A stretch of 52,482 nucleotides of DNA from a virus (Duplodnaviria; Caudoviricetes): positions 1 through 52,482 of the IMG/VR virus record IMGVR_UViG_3300039159_000058. One strand, given 5' to 3'. Below, in pieces: positions 8,790-19,813 of this stretch (its first letter is position 1; every line of letters begins with the position of its first letter). The notes beneath the pieces were generated by a model. The model was not told where the DNA came from and searched no databases. It saw only the letters and a program-made list of their open reading frames with translations. Position numbers and translations under genes: made by a program.

Positions 8790-11560
8790 GCGATAAACCA
8801 CAAGACAATTTGGAAGTCGTCTACCTTGATACGTGCGCTGTGCTGTGCACGATTTATGACGATACGGGCGTATCAGTTTCTGGGGCCACGATAACGGCGC
8901 AGCTAAACTCCTTTGATGTTGACAAGGGTTACATTACGCCTATGTTGGTTCAAGTCACCACAGATGCCGATGGCTTAGCGACTCTAAACTTATGGCCAAA
9001 TAAACGCGGGGCTACGAGTTCGTATTACAAAGTAAAAATCTACACCCCAAGCGGTAAAACACTCGCCCTTGACGCGGTAGTTCCTAATGAACGCGCAGCG
9101 CGCCTTGAAGATGTCGCTTTACTACCCCCATACCCGGGTAAACCCGATGGGTTCATCATCATCGATGAGGCCAAAGCCGCAGCAGCGCTTGCTGAAAGAT
9201 CTGCGCAACAAGCCGGTGTATCAGCTTATAACGCGGGCGTTAGCGCTGACTTAGCGCTGCAGTACTCAGAGGCCGGACGTGCATTTGCAACGTTTGGTGC
9301 GTTTGGTCGTGTGTTGTCACCAGAAAATTTACCCTCAGACGGCTTTCTTCCAGCGAACTCTGATGGTCCGGGCAACCCTGCAGTGAGCATACAGTTTATT
9401 AAAGGCCAAGGGCTTATATATTCTTTAGCACCCTCGTATGATGCAAACTACAACCATTTGTACTCCTTTGTGGGAACAGACATTACCCCCACAGGCTGGG
9501 TAGATTTAGGCGACTTCAGTGGCCCCAAAGGCGATACGGGCGCAAAAGGCACGGATGGCAAAGATGGACGTGCTGTCACAGTAATTGGCGCTTTTGGAAG
9601 TAGAAAATTTCCTACTGAACTACCCAAAAATGGCGTGATACCTGCTGGATTTGACGGTGATGGATACCCTGTACGGGATTACAAACTAGAAATTGGTGAA
9701 GGTCTTATATACAATCGATGCCCCAAGATAACCCCAGGATATGACGATGTTTGGGGATATGTTGGCACGGACGCTACCATTTCAGGTTGGGTTAATTTTG
9801 GGTATATAAAAGGCGTACAAGGTGACATTGGCCCTCAGGGCAAAAAGGGCGACCCCGGTACATCCGTTGAAATCGTTGGATCCTTTAAGTTTCGCTCGCC
9901 CGACCAATTACCCCCAAGCGGCTTCTTACCCAAAGATTGGGACAGCCCCGGCAACCCAGCACAAAACGAGCAACTTCGTGCGGGCGATGCGTTGTTGTAT
10001 ACAGGTGGCGTAAAAACGGATGAACAGTACGGACACATTTGGTCTTATGTAGGCATTTCTTTTACACCAAAAGGCTGGATTGATGCTGGGAATATCGAAG
10101 GCCCAGTTGGCCCTAAAGGTGACACTGGCCCTCAAGGCGAGCAGGGCGAACAAGGTGCGCAAGGCGAGAACGGTGAAACAGGTCCAGTCGGTCCTACAGG
10201 CGCAGAAGGTCCCGTAGGTGATGAGGGCCCTCAAGGTCCTCAGGGTGTACAAGGTAAACAAGGTTCTCCCGGTCGTACCGCAGAGCTAGTAGGTTCTTTT
10301 GGTCGCGTTAAAACTGCGGCTGATTTGCCTACCAGCGGGCTTTTACCTAAAGACTTTGACGGTCCGGGCTACCCCCCTGCCGACGAGCAGCTAGATTTAG
10401 GCATGGCGCTTGTGTTTGTTGGTGGTACACCCGGCGACGATAAGCACGGTCATATATGGTCTTACGTTGGGACACAATTTGTAGCCACTGCTTGGGAAGA
10501 TTGCGGAGATATTGAAGGACCAGAGGGTCCCACGGGCGCTACCGGCCCTAAGGGGAATCAAGGCGAAACAGGTCCAGTTGGTCCCACAGGACCTGAGGGT
10601 CCTAAGGGCGATCAAGGTCCAGTTGGCCCTAAAGGCGATGACGGAGAACGCGGGGGGCAGGGGTCAGAAGGCCCACAAGGTAAACAAGGCGCTCCTGGTC
10701 GAACTGCAGAGTTAGTGGGGTTTTTTAAAAATCGTACACCGGCAGAATTGCCTAAAAATGGTTTTATACCTAAAAACTTTGACGGGGGAGATAACCCGCC
10801 TAAAGATATTCAATTAGACCCCGGTGATGCGTTAATTTACACGGGTGGAAATAAAACAGACGAAGCCTACGGCCACGTATGGTCTTACGTAGGCATGGAC
10901 TTTAGCCCTGTCGGATGGGTTGATTGCGGAGATATTGAGGGCCCAGAAGGTCCCAACGGCAAACAAGGTCCACAAGGCCCAGAAGGCCCTGAAGGTAAAC
11001 AAGGCTCACCGGGTCAAACATCAAAATTAGTGGGATATTTTGCAGTACGTAACCCATCACAATTACCCGCGAATGGTTTTATACCTAAGGACTTTGACTC
11101 TCCTGGTAATCCTGCTACAGATGAGCAGCTAAAACCTGGGGAAGCGTTAATTTACACGGGCGGAAATAAAACAGACGAAGCCTACGGGCACGTTTGGTCT
11201 TATGTTGGCACGGAATATACCGTAAAGGGTTGGATTGACTCCGGTGACATCGAAGGCCCCGAAGGCCCACAGGGTGCGCAAGGTGTGCAAGGCCCACAAG
11301 GTGTGCAAGGTAAGCCTGGCGATATAGGTCCTAAAGGCGATAAAGGCGAGGCGGGTACAGACGCATCAGTTACTACTGCGAGTATAGTTGCGGCCCTTGG
11401 GTACACCCCAGCCAATCAAGCGACATTAGACTCGCTGGCCGCGCTTGTTAACGCAATTATTTCAGGTGTGCAACCGTTAGCTGCGGCAAATGTTACAGGT
11501 GCTTTAACTGTCGGTACGACTATTACGGCTAAGGGCGATATCACGGGTTTAACGGGGTAA
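8786..11560 (+). CDS. Collagen-like tail fibre with six repeated ~80-aa domains
   Basis: Gly-X-Y runs alternating with six copies of a G.F...LP..G.(L/I)P...D....P ... (Y/F)VG......W...G domain. Confidence 0.85.
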   Translation: MSDKPQDNLEVVYLDTCAVLCTIYDDTGVSVSGATITAQLNSFDVDKGYITPMLVQVTTDADGLATLNLWPNKRGATSSYYKVKIYTPSGKTLALDAVVPNERAARLEDVALLPPYPGKPDGFIIIDEAKAAAALAERSAQQAGVSAYNAGVSADLALQYSEAGRAFATFGAFGRVLSPENLPSDGFLPANSDGPGNPAVSIQFIKGQGLIYSLAPSYDANYNHLYSFVGTDITPTGWVDLGDFSGPKGDTGAKGTDGKDGRAVTVIGAFGSRKFPTELPKNGVIPAGFDGDGYPVRDYKLEIGEGLIYNRCPKITPGYDDVWGYVGTDATISGWVNFGYIKGVQGDIGPQGKKGDPGTSVEIVGSFKFRSPDQLPPSGFLPKDWDSPGNPAQNEQLRAGDALLYTGGVKTDEQYGHIWSYVGISFTPKGWIDAGNIEGPVGPKGDTGPQGEQGEQGAQGENGETGPVGPTGAEGPVGDEGPQGPQGVQGKQGSPGRTAELVGSFGRVKTAADLPTSGLLPKDFDGPGYPPADEQLDLGMALVFVGGTPGDDKHGHIWSYVGTQFVATAWEDCGDIEGPEGPTGATGPKGNQGETGPVGPTGPEGPKGDQGPVGPKGDDGERGGQGSEGPQGKQGAPGRTAELVGFFKNRTPAELPKNGFIPKNFDGGDNPPKDIQLDPGDALIYTGGNKTDEAYGHVWSYVGMDFSPVGWVDCGDIEGPEGPNGKQGPQGPEGPEGKQGSPGQTSKLVGYFAVRNPSQLPANGFIPKDFDSPGNPATDEQLKPGEALIYTGGNKTDEAYGHVWSYVGTEYTVKGWIDSGDIEGPEGPQGAQGVQGPQGVQGKPGDIGPKGDKGEAGTDASVTTASIVAALGYTPANQATLDSLAALVNAIISGVQPLAAANVTGALTVGTTITAKGDITGLTG

Positions 11561-11563
11561 TCA

Positions 11564-12637
11564 ATGGCCATTAAACCATCTGGTCCATTAGCTATAAACG
11601 AGATTGGCGCAGAATTTAAAGCTGCGGCGCCTTTTTCTTTGTCCAAGTTTTACCGTGGAGGTGGGCTGGTACCCAACAGCCCGGCGAATCAAAAAGTGCC
11701 GACTGCGGGGGCTATAAGTTTTTCGCAATTTTATAGCGCGGCGAACACGTATTACCTCGAAGTTAGTAGCGGCGCAAACATTAACTTATTCGATGCGTTC
11801 GTAGCAACGTTTGGAAATCCCGGGGCATTGGCGATAGGCGTGAACATAAAAATTGTCACTGGCGCAGTAATCGGTGGCTCAGGTCAAAACGCTTTAACTT
11901 TCGGGCAGTTCCCTAACGGGTCTCAGATTCTAGTCGATAACTACGCATCGATCCAAGGCTATGGTGGTGGTGCGGCAGCAGCGGGTGGGTCTGCAGTAAA
12001 TGCAGACTTTGGCGGTCAAGTTATGACACTAAACAACCACGGCCAGATGTTTGCTGGGGGTGGTGGGGGTGGTAGAGCTGGCAACGGAGGTCAAGGCGGG
12101 CCGGGTAATTATCAAGGCCCAGACGCTCCCGGGCCTAACGAAAGTTCCTTTTGTAATACAGATTGTGATTCGTCTTGCGTACGTAAATGGGGCGCTGGAT
12201 ATTTTTGCCCTGAAAGTAATTGTTCTATTGAATCTTACTGCACGTATATAGGTATACCTGATGCGTATTGCATACGCTGTTATACGAGAGGACCTATTGT
12301 AGCCACAACGGGTGGTGCTGGCGGCGGTGGTGGTGCTGGCGGTCAAGGATGTGGATATAACCAAGCAAACACTGGCGGTGCTGCCGGTGCTGGGGGACAA
12401 CCCGGCGGTCAAAACGCGGGCACTGGCGGTCAAGGCGGTACTGGCGGTGCGGGTGGTGGTTGGGGCGTTGCAGGTGGTACGGGGGAAACAGGTCGCGTCG
12501 GTGGTAACGGTAACGTTGGCGGCGGCGGCGGGGGCACACCCGGTGCGGGAGGTGCGGGGTCAGGGTATTACCTTATCAAAGGTGGTGCAAATTTAACTTT
12601 TAATAATTATGGCGAAATTGCCGGAGGTCTAGCATGA
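11564..12637 (+). CDS. Glycine-rich tail-tip adhesin (gp38-like) with Cys-rich insert
   Basis: N-terminal SGPLAINEI..EF...SLSKFYRG segment, polyglycine runs, 8-Cys central block; follows the fibre gene. Confidence 0.7.
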   Translation: MAIKPSGPLAINEIGAEFKAAAPFSLSKFYRGGGLVPNSPANQKVPTAGAISFSQFYSAANTYYLEVSSGANINLFDAFVATFGNPGALAIGVNIKIVTGAVIGGSGQNALTFGQFPNGSQILVDNYASIQGYGGGAAAAGGSAVNADFGGQVMTLNNHGQMFAGGGGGGRAGNGGQGGPGNYQGPDAPGPNESSFCNTDCDSSCVRKWGAGYFCPESNCSIESYCTYIGIPDAYCIRCYTRGPIVATTGGAGGGGGAGGQGCGYNQANTGGAAGAGGQPGGQNAGTGGQGGTGGAGGGWGVAGGTGETGRVGGNGNVGGGGGGTPGAGGAGSGYYLIKGGANLTFNNYGEIAGGLA

Positions 12638-13200
12638 GTGATACGTTCAAATACAAAATTACGGCATTTGATAACGATAAAAAATTAGTCACCGTTGAGT
12701 TCGCAGATCAGTCTTGGGCCACAGTGGCGTTAGTCGTACCACTTCCAATAGATTTAGATGAATTAGGGGCTTTAGTCTCTGTGTATACGCAGCCCGCCGA
12801 GCATGAAGAAGCTGTAGAGGACAAAAATGCTGACCTTAGTTTTATAGCGAAAAATATTGGTGTAGAGCAAGAAACCAACAGACGGCGTATGCAACCTAAA
12901 GTCACACCAATTTTTGCTGATGACGATATAGACGCAATGGTAGCCAGAGAAATTGGACCAGAAGCCACAGAAAACCAAAAGAAAGCAAAGCAAACACTAG
13001 AGGCTGCTTACAGAGCTTATGTTAATAGCGTAAGCCTTTTAAGTGGGCCGTTAAGTACAAAATTAACTGAAAAGTCTAAAGCGCAACACGCAATCTTTAT
13101 GACGGCGCTTACAGCGATGATCATTGACGCAAACAACGCTGTTAAAAATAACACTCCATACGAAGCAATATTGCCAATGTTTGAAATGGAGCTTATATGA
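12634..13200 (+). CDS. Hypothetical protein, possible tail fibre assembly factor
   Basis: 188 aa translationally coupled to the adhesin. Confidence 0.55.
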   Translation: MSDTFKYKITAFDNDKKLVTVEFADQSWATVALVVPLPIDLDELGALVSVYTQPAEHEEAVEDKNADLSFIAKNIGVEQETNRRRMQPKVTPIFADDDIDAMVAREIGPEATENQKKAKQTLEAAYRAYVNSVSLLSGPLSTKLTEKSKAQHAIFMTALTAMIIDANNAVKNNTPYEAILPMFEMELI

Positions 13201-13367
13201 AATTTATAGCGACAAAGGAAATAATTATTGAGCGGTTACAAACTTGCGCGCAATGCGAGTTTATTAAGAAAGGTCTTATCCACAGATGTGACGCTTGTGG
13301 TTGTGCAATAAAAGCAAAGGTAATACTAGACAAATCGGCATGTCCTAAAAATAAGTGGAGAGCGTAA
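13197..13367 (+). CDS. Small Cys-rich protein (DUF6171-like), not in ORF track
   Basis: Manual translation: MKFIATKEIIIERLQTCAQCEFIKKGLIHRCDACGCAIKAKVILDKSACPKNKWRA; ATGA and TAATG overlaps with neighbours. Confidence 0.8.
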   Translation: MKFIATKEIIIERLQTCAQCEFIKKGLIHRCDACGCAIKAKVILDKSACPKNKWRA

Positions 13368-13687
13368 TGACTATTGACGTATTTAACCCCGCCGGGGCTA
13401 CTTTTAAAGTGATCGCTGTTGGGTCACCTAGCCAAGCTGTGCAATGTGTTATTTCACTGCAAACCCCGCAGTATCGAGTCGTTCACCCGGGCACAGAGCT
13501 TGTTTGGCTAGGTGTAGGTAAGACAGAAAAAGAGGCTATCGAGGCTGCAACGGTTGGGTATGGCAACGGTGTTCCGCTGCTACCCGGAACAGACGAGTTG
13601 TTTACGTTTGACAAAAAAACTTTCTTCGCTGCTTGCTGTGAAAAAGCTACGCAAGATATTTTTATCACCCCTGGATATGGAATGTAA
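13367..13687 (+). CDS. Small beta-rich virion-associated protein
   Basis: ATG overlaps preceding TAA; GGAG SD; C-terminal ITPGYG. Confidence 0.65.
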   Translation: MTIDVFNPAGATFKVIAVGSPSQAVQCVISLQTPQYRVVHPGTELVWLGVGKTEKEAIEAATVGYGNGVPLLPGTDELFTFDKKTFFAACCEKATQDIFITPGYGM

Positions 13688-13689
13688 CC

Positions 13690-16200
13690 ATGTTAAAAGT
13701 CGTATCAAACAGAGGTGGCGGTGGTGGCGGTGAAGTTGGACCTCCTGGTCCTACGGGCCCACAAGGTCCCGCAGGTAAACAAGGCCTACAAGGCGACCCC
13801 GGTCCTACAGGCGCTACGGGCATTAAAGGCGATAAGGGCGATGTAGGTCCCGCTGGTAAAGGCGACCCCGGCCCCGCAGGTCCTAGCGGCCCTAAAGGTG
13901 ATGTAGGTACACAAGGCCCAGCCGGTCTTACTGGTCCTAAAGGTGATGCAGGTCCTCAAGGCCCACAGGGCGAGAAGGGCGAGAAGGGCGAGGGTGGCGG
14001 TGCTGCACTTGTACCTGCGACCACAAAAACGCTTGGTGGCGTAATTGTTGGAGATAACCTAACAGTAGATATTAGCGGGCGACTGTCTGCACACGGTTCT
14101 GGAGAGCCCGGCCCTGTAGGCCCTAAAGGTGATACAGGTGCGCAAGGAGACGTAGGCCCTAAAGGTGATGTAGGCCCACAAGGCCCACAGGGCGAGAAGG
14201 GTGAGGGTGGCGGCCAAAAGGGTGACAAGGGTGACACAGGCGCAGCCGGTCCGGCTGGTGCTGTCGGTCCTCAAGGCCCAAAAGGTGACAAAGGTGAGAA
14301 AGGCGATTCTGGTGGTGGCGGCGGTTCGATTTCGCAACGCGTCATTATTGTGGCAGCAAAAGAGCAAGAATACACAGAATATTTTCAAACGTGCGATTTA
14401 GGTGGCACCGTATCCGTTTTATCTAACGTATATGCAAGAGGCAAAATTGTGCTGCCAAAGGTAGTTGCTGAAGCGGCAAAAGCGGGACAAATTATCACTG
14501 TACAGAATCTTACAAACAGCGAGCAGTGCCAGTTGGCATTAGTTTCTGAAAGTGAAACAGACGAGTTCTTCCCTAGTAAAGACGACTTTATAGGTGTGGC
14601 GCCATATGGAACTGCACGTCTTACTTTAATAAACACCCTCTCATCTGAGGATGAGTCTGACGCCAGCACACGAAGCTGGACGTTGAGCGGAGACACCTCC
14701 AAAGTTCAGTTCTTACCGGGCGCGCTAGAACTGTTTGAGGCAGTTGGCTTATGGGATGGTTTGCGTGTCAAATTTAGGGTTCCAAGCGACTCTAAAATTG
14801 AGATCAAAAAATACTTCATTTATGTTAACAACATATCTGTTGAGCTAATCGTCACGGGGCAAGAGAGTAATTTATTTACGGCAGAAGCTCACAATGTAGA
14901 CCCCGGTACATATAACGTTTACGTTACTGGGGCTGTTGAGACAGGCGAGGAAACAAAACCATCTAACGTTATTGAAGAGGTAAAAACTGGCCCCTCGACT
15001 GTTATACCAGCAATACTTACTTGGGGAAATGGTGGTGTGGCTTTAAAACCTTTCGTCGTTTACGAGCAATACGAGGGTGTAGTTGGTGTAACGCTGGTTT
15101 ATTCCGGACCCGGTGGGGACAGCTATTACAGCGATGAAGTTAACGGCATGATATATGTGGACAAAGCATTAAAACCGGACACAGAGTACGACATGACCAT
15201 ACAGTATTCGTATGGCGACGACGACGACCAAGATTCACAAATGTCTGGGGTGCTGACAACGACTACAGGCGATCTTGATAGGTCAGCACCGACTAAAGCG
15301 ATTGTGTCGACAGGCTTTGATGTCACACCGACAATGTACGATAAAGGGTTTGTCACGGTAACAGACCCACTGTTAAACATTCAACGAAGAGGTATCGCAG
15401 TAAAAATCAATGACTCTGAAACTGTTGAAAGCAGCTCTGATGGCTCCTTGGTAGCATTTATACAATCAAGTAAAGCATATTGTAATGAGCCAGTTAATAT
15501 AAAAGTCGCGTTTAAACTCATAACCTATCAATGGTCTGATTTCTTAGATTTGGGCAATTTTACATTTGCTACGCAAAGACCGAAAAAACCCACTGGAATC
15601 ATAGGACAGCCCAGATACATTGACAATGCGAAGGTCAGGTTTACAGCGAAAGCACCAGCTGGCGACTACCCACTTGTAAAAATAAATGTTAACGCATTCA
15701 CCGAAGGACACTCTGTTAGTGGCCCTCGTCCTCTTGTGCTTGAAAGTGGGAACTTAATTTTTGACGTTGATATTTATTCTGATGGTACGGGCAAGTTTGA
15801 CATTAATTATCAAGTAGAAAATTTCGCTGGATTAAGCCCGTTCAGTGACTTACAAAATTTTACTGATCTATTCCCAATCAGAGCACCAAACAAACCGCTT
15901 TCAATTGAAATTAATGCAGCTTCTAACGAAGTGTTTACTCCGTGGGTTCGAGTGGAAAAGAATTTAATTGGTACTCAATCATTTAAATATACGATTGCCA
16001 GATCATTCGGGGGCAAAGAAGTTTGGTCTAAAGATTATACGCCCGCAGATTTAGCGCAATCTTTTCAGGTAAAAGGCGCTGATGCAATACCAAGCGATCA
16101 AATCGGCATACACACTTTTAGTGTTGTTGCTGTGGGCCAATTCGGTTTGAAATCCGATGCAGCTACCAGTACGTACGAAACCAAAAAACCCACAAACTAA
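13690..16200 (+). CDS. Second collagen-like fibre with C-terminal beta-sandwich (FN3/Ig-like) domains
   Basis: Gly-X-Y runs over about aa 15-210, [12 protein letters not shown] motif, FN3-like segments ([20 protein letters not shown]). Confidence 0.75.
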   Translation: MLKVVSNRGGGGGGEVGPPGPTGPQGPAGKQGLQGDPGPTGATGIKGDKGDVGPAGKGDPGPAGPSGPKGDVGTQGPAGLTGPKGDAGPQGPQGEKGEKGEGGGAALVPATTKTLGGVIVGDNLTVDISGRLSAHGSGEPGPVGPKGDTGAQGDVGPKGDVGPQGPQGEKGEGGGQKGDKGDTGAAGPAGAVGPQGPKGDKGEKGDSGGGGGSISQRVIIVAAKEQEYTEYFQTCDLGGTVSVLSNVYARGKIVLPKVVAEAAKAGQIITVQNLTNSEQCQLALVSESETDEFFPSKDDFIGVAPYGTARLTLINTLSSEDESDASTRSWTLSGDTSKVQFLPGALELFEAVGLWDGLRVKFRVPSDSKIEIKKYFIYVNNISVELIVTGQESNLFTAEAHNVDPGTYNVYVTGAVETGEETKPSNVIEEVKTGPSTVIPAILTWGNGGVALKPFVVYEQYEGVVGVTLVYSGPGGDSYYSDEVNGMIYVDKALKPDTEYDMTIQYSYGDDDDQDSQMSGVLTTTTGDLDRSAPTKAIVSTGFDVTPTMYDKGFVTVTDPLLNIQRRGIAVKINDSETVESSSDGSLVAFIQSSKAYCNEPVNIKVAFKLITYQWSDFLDLGNFTFATQRPKKPTGIIGQPRYIDNAKVRFTAKAPAGDYPLVKINVNAFTEGHSVSGPRPLVLESGNLIFDVDIYSDGTGKFDINYQVENFAGLSPFSDLQNFTDLFPIRAPNKPLSIEINAASNEVFTPWVRVEKNLIGTQSFKYTIARSFGGKEVWSKDYTPADLAQSFQVKGADAIPSDQIGIHTFSVVAVGQFGLKSDAATSTYETKKPTN

Positions 16201-16212
16201 AAAGGAAATATT

Positions 16213-17259
16213 ATGTGCACACGTTTTACTATTCCCTACAAAGGCGGCACTTTAGTTGCTCGCACGATGGATTTTGCCAGCCCAACGGGCACAGAATTTG
16301 TTAAATACGAAACGGGCAAACTAGGCTACTGGGACCCACTAAACAGTAACGTTAAAGCGTACAACAAGACTCCTGTGTGGGGTCGTGCGACTAATAAGTT
16401 TGGCAAGTTCATTTTGTGTGACGGGGCAAACCAGTACTTCTCAGTTGAAGGTCTGTGGCTGCCAGAAACTAAGTATGAAAACCGCAACAGCGTGCTCAAA
16501 CCATCGACAGATAAGACTGACGCGTTAACGCTTATGAATTGGATTTTATCGGGCGACGTACAAGACCTTAACACGATGACTGACAAACTTAAGAACCTCA
16601 AGCCTGTAGCGTTATTTTTAGACGGCTTAACAGAGTCACTGGCCACTATCCACATGTCTATAACCGAATGGATTACGGGTAAAACCATTATTATGGAAAT
16701 CGGTACGGGCGACACTCCGGGTCTAGTCAAGGTTTACGACGCAGATCAAACAGGCTACGGCGTCATGACAAACAGCCCAATATACCGCTCACAGATTGAC
16801 AACTTGCGTGGTTATGTGAATTTGAACTCGGCAGCCAACGTAGAAGATGCAGTTATTGCGGGCATGAAGTTACACATGACGGGCAACGGCAACAACTTAG
16901 TCGGACTTCCCGGCGGGCCACTTCCTGCGGATCGTTTTGTTCGTGCATCAATACTGCTAAATTTGGCCACCAAAAACAATCCCAACATGACTTTAGATAA
17001 GGCCAAAGACACTGCAGCTGCGTTGATGAACACAGTTTACGTAGTTGATGGCACAACTTCTGAGTCAGCAATGATGCACCTGAAGACCAACTGGGACTCA
17101 ACACTCTGGTGTGTGATTAAGTACTTAGACGAAAAGAGCAACGTGGTCTATTTACATCGTGATAAAGCCGTTGATGGGTTTGTTATACGCTCAATAACTA
17201 ACGCCGATGCGCAAGACCCAGAGATCTCAGAAAAAGACATACAGGCAGCCAAAGCATGA
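16213..17259 (+). CDS. Ntn-hydrolase, choloylglycine hydrolase/penicillin V acylase family
   Basis: N-terminal nucleophile M-C-T, RTMDF, VMTNSP, GLPG...DRFVRA. Confidence 0.9.
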   Translation: MCTRFTIPYKGGTLVARTMDFASPTGTEFVKYETGKLGYWDPLNSNVKAYNKTPVWGRATNKFGKFILCDGANQYFSVEGLWLPETKYENRNSVLKPSTDKTDALTLMNWILSGDVQDLNTMTDKLKNLKPVALFLDGLTESLATIHMSITEWITGKTIIMEIGTGDTPGLVKVYDADQTGYGVMTNSPIYRSQIDNLRGYVNLNSAANVEDAVIAGMKLHMTGNGNNLVGLPGGPLPADRFVRASILLNLATKNNPNMTLDKAKDTAAALMNTVYVVDGTTSESAMMHLKTNWDSTLWCVIKYLDEKSNVVYLHRDKAVDGFVIRSITNADAQDPEISEKDIQAAKA

Positions 17260-17672
17260 TTTGCGCCCTCAACGAACCGTTGTACTTACACCTAATTTCT
17301 TTTGGTGGCGGGTTGTTGGGGGGCATTTCTATGCTTGTTTATATGCGAGCAAATGGTGTGGCGGATGGTCTGCGACGAATATTAATTAGCTCTGTCTCAT
17401 CAGGGTTACTGGCGTCTACGATGGCGTCAAAAATATTCGGCTCAGAGGCCCCAGAGTTGGTGGCTGCTTGCGCGTTTGTACTCGGGTTTGTTGCATGGAA
17501 TTTGCTAGGAGCTATTGCCCAGTTTTTTGAAAACAGAAAAGGTGACGACATCATGTCAATGTTAAAGACTTACAAAGACACTAACCGACCTAGTTACGGC
17601 GGGGGGTACGAGCCTAACAAAGTAATAGAGCCAATTGCTCGAAAAAACCAGATCGATAATCCGGACAACTAA
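17256..17672 (+). CDS. Putative holin
   Basis: About three hydrophobic segments and charged C-terminus, upstream of lysozyme. Confidence 0.6.
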   Translation: MICALNEPLYLHLISFGGGLLGGISMLVYMRANGVADGLRRILISSVSSGLLASTMASKIFGSEAPELVAACAFVLGFVAWNLLGAIAQFFENRKGDDIMSMLKTYKDTNRPSYGGGYEPNKVIEPIARKNQIDNPDN

Positions 17673-17673
17673 T

Positions 17674-18063
17674 ATGCAAGCATCACAACAACTTCTTGAA
17701 AGCTTACCCTTTTTCTGGGGCGTAGCTTTTGTAATTAACATAACGGTTGGAACGGTGCTTTTTGTCGCGATCATGCGACAGACTATGCCCTCTTGGTCCA
17801 CAGGGGTCACGTGCTGGGTTGCGTGGTGGGCATTTGCCACAGCAATTAGTTTGCTAATTAACGTAATCAGCGGCCCGAACGCCCCGTTCTCATACCACCA
17901 GATGGGCATCCTTACAGAGACGATGACTAACATCGGGATATTGCTTTGGGTTGCAACGTTTTCGGTACAAAACTGGGGCGTGCGAGGCGATGACTGGGAT
18001 CGTTTAAACGCGCTAAGAAAAAAAATTAATTTAGGTACGGAGCCAGATGATGAACCCAAGTGA
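17674..18063 (+). CDS. Membrane protein, second holin/antiholin candidate
   Basis: Three TM-like segments; ATG 17674 follows the previous stop. Confidence 0.55.
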   Translation: MQASQQLLESLPFFWGVAFVINITVGTVLFVAIMRQTMPSWSTGVTCWVAWWAFATAISLLINVISGPNAPFSYHQMGILTETMTNIGILLWVATFSVQNWGVRGDDWDRLNALRKKINLGTEPDDEPK

Positions 18064-18487
18064 TGAGTTAATAGAGCTGATAAAGCGCGCCGAGGGCTTT
18101 AGCGCTCAGGCATACCCAGACCCCGGCACGGGCGGTGAGCCCTACACCATTGGTTACGGCCATACGGGGCACGTAAAACTAGGTGACGTTGTTGACGAGG
18201 CACAAGCCGATGAGCTCTTACGTGCAGATTTGCAGCATGCTGTGGACGCAGTGCATGAGCTCGTAGCGTGGCCCTTATCGCAGAAGCAGTTCGATGCGCT
18301 TGTTGACTTTGTTTACAACGTTGGCACGGGTAATTTCACTAACTCCACGTTACTTAAGATGATTAACCAAAGAGATTTTATCGGCGCTGGCGAGCAGTTC
18401 TTGCGCTGGAATAAAGCTGGCGGCCACGTGATGGCAGGACTTACCAAAAGACGAGAGCAAGAGCGCGAGCTTTTCCTTAGCGCATGA
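18047..18487 (+). CDS. Endolysin, GH24 phage lysozyme
   Basis: EG...YPD...TIGYGH catalytic region, QFDALVDFVYNVG, GLTKRRE. Confidence 0.95.
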   Translation: MMNPSDELIELIKRAEGFSAQAYPDPGTGGEPYTIGYGHTGHVKLGDVVDEAQADELLRADLQHAVDAVHELVAWPLSQKQFDALVDFVYNVGTGNFTNSTLLKMINQRDFIGAGEQFLRWNKAGGHVMAGLTKRREQERELFLSA

Positions 18488-18900
18488 TCGGCCTACTGTT
18501 TAACCGGATGGTATGGGTGGCCATTGCTATTGCTGCGGCGGGTGCGGGTGGCTGGTGGATTGGGTATTCACATGAACACGAATTGTTTGTAGCCTTTAAA
18601 GCGCAAGTGACTGCTGCGGGTGAAGCCGCTCAAAAAGCGGCCAAAGAAACAGAGCAACGACACGAGGAAGCTAAAAATGAAATTGAGCAAGAGTATAAAG
18701 ATCGGATTGCTAGTGTGCAGCGTCGCTATGCTGACAGCTTGCGCCGTTCCAATAGCCGTGCAGTGCCCGCAACCAGCGATCCCACCAGACGCCTTAATGC
18801 AGCAGCCGCCAACAGCGACCCTTATTTAGTTGAGCAATGTGCGGAGACTACAACGCAGTTAATCGAATTACAAAATTGGATAAAAAGGACTTCAAAATGA
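18484..18900 (+). CDS. rz: Rz-like inner-membrane spanin
   Basis: N-terminal TM followed by coiled coil, after the lysozyme. Confidence 0.8.
   Translation: MIGLLFNRMVWVAIAIAAAGAGGWWIGYSHEHELFVAFKAQVTAAGEAAQKAAKETEQRHEEAKNEIEQEYKDRIASVQRRYADSLRRSNSRAVPATSDPTRRLNAAAANSDPYLVEQCAETTTQLIELQNWIKRTSK
18677..18829 (+). CDS. rz1: Rz1-like outer-membrane lipoprotein spanin embedded in Rz
   Basis: +1 frame; GAGGA SD; signal peptide with lipobox LTAC; Pro-rich mature part. Confidence 0.85.
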   Translation: MKLSKSIKIGLLVCSVAMLTACAVPIAVQCPQPAIPPDALMQQPPTATLI

Positions 18901-19370
18901 AACTAAAACTATTTTTTGTCCCAATGGCTATTTTCTTTGTTGTTATGAGCAACTCGCTTTTAGCTGCAAATTTAAACTTTGATGCTACGGTGGCAACATC
19001 TTGTACCCTTAATGTGGGCACGACTGGCGTAATGACAGTAGATAACTCAATTCCATCACTTATGAGCACCGGTAACGCGGGGGGCAACAGCGGCTCACTT
19101 GCCGTATCGTTCACGGGTACACCAACCCTAACAGTTACGATGCCTACGGCATTTAGTACCTCGCCCACCATTGGCTTTTCACCGATTTTTATGGGGACTG
19201 TCAATAGCAGTTCGTTTGGCTCAATGATTATCACGCAAGACGTAGCAACAGATACATACACGAGTGGCAACGGCGATGCTATTTCTGTGGGCCTATCCGT
19301 GAGCACAGGGGGTTCTACCGCTTTTCCGCTTGGCAGCTACCAAGCAGTAGTGACTGCGACATGTTCATAA
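18897..19370 (+). CDS. Exported pilin-like protein (Csu/spore-coat-U type fimbrial subunit)
   Basis: Signal peptide, then ANLNFDATVATSC.L alternating strand, S/T/G-rich beta body, C-terminal GSYQAVVTATCS; AAGGA SD supports ATG 18897. Confidence 0.65.
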   Translation: MKLKLFFVPMAIFFVVMSNSLLAANLNFDATVATSCTLNVGTTGVMTVDNSIPSLMSTGNAGGNSGSLAVSFTGTPTLTVTMPTAFSTSPTIGFSPIFMGTVNSSSFGSMIITQDVATDTYTSGNGDAISVGLSVSTGGSTAFPLGSYQAVVTATCS

Positions 19371-19813
19371 ATTTAGTTAGAGCAACGTTAGTTTTTGCGG
19401 CCGTATCTGGCGCGGCCTTTGCTCACGGTTTAAGTCCAACTCGTATTGAGGCGCCCTCAGGCTCCACGTTAGTAGCGTATAGATTTAGCGCATCAAATGG
19501 ACCTGAAGCCAACATATACGAAATTGAATGTTTTAAAGGTGGGTTTGATACACCATATCCGTGTCAATTTTCACCCCAAGTTTTAATTTTGTCACGTAAT
19601 GCCACACGTAATTTTAAAGTGCAGATTCAAACCAATGGTGATGGCCTTTATTTAATCTGCACCACACAGGGGATCACCAGTGAAAAATTTATTGTTACTC
19701 GCATTTGCGCTCGCGTTGGGGTTGGTGTCCCCGCAAGCACAAAGCCAGACAGCCATAGGCTCTATAAACCTGCCATCTCAGCCCCAGTTCCCCCAAGGCC
19801 AAGATCGAATTAA
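19361..19813 (+). CDS. Exported PapD-N-like fimbrial chaperone-like protein
   Basis: Signal peptide AFA|HGLSPTRI, single beta domain, four Cys. Confidence 0.5.
   Translation: MFINLVRATLVFAAVSGAAFAHGLSPTRIEAPSGSTLVAYRFSASNGPEANIYEIECFKGGFDTPYPCQFSPQVLILSRNATRNFKVQIQTNGDGLYLICTTQGITSEKFIVTRICARVGVGVPASTKPDSHRLYKPAISAPVPPRPRSN

Noticed and set aside
8786-12637. Diversity-generating retroelement or invertible tail cassette
   Set aside because: No reverse transcriptase or invertase; the duplicated DNA blocks are in-frame domain repeats differing at synonymous positions, not an adenine-specific TR/VR pair
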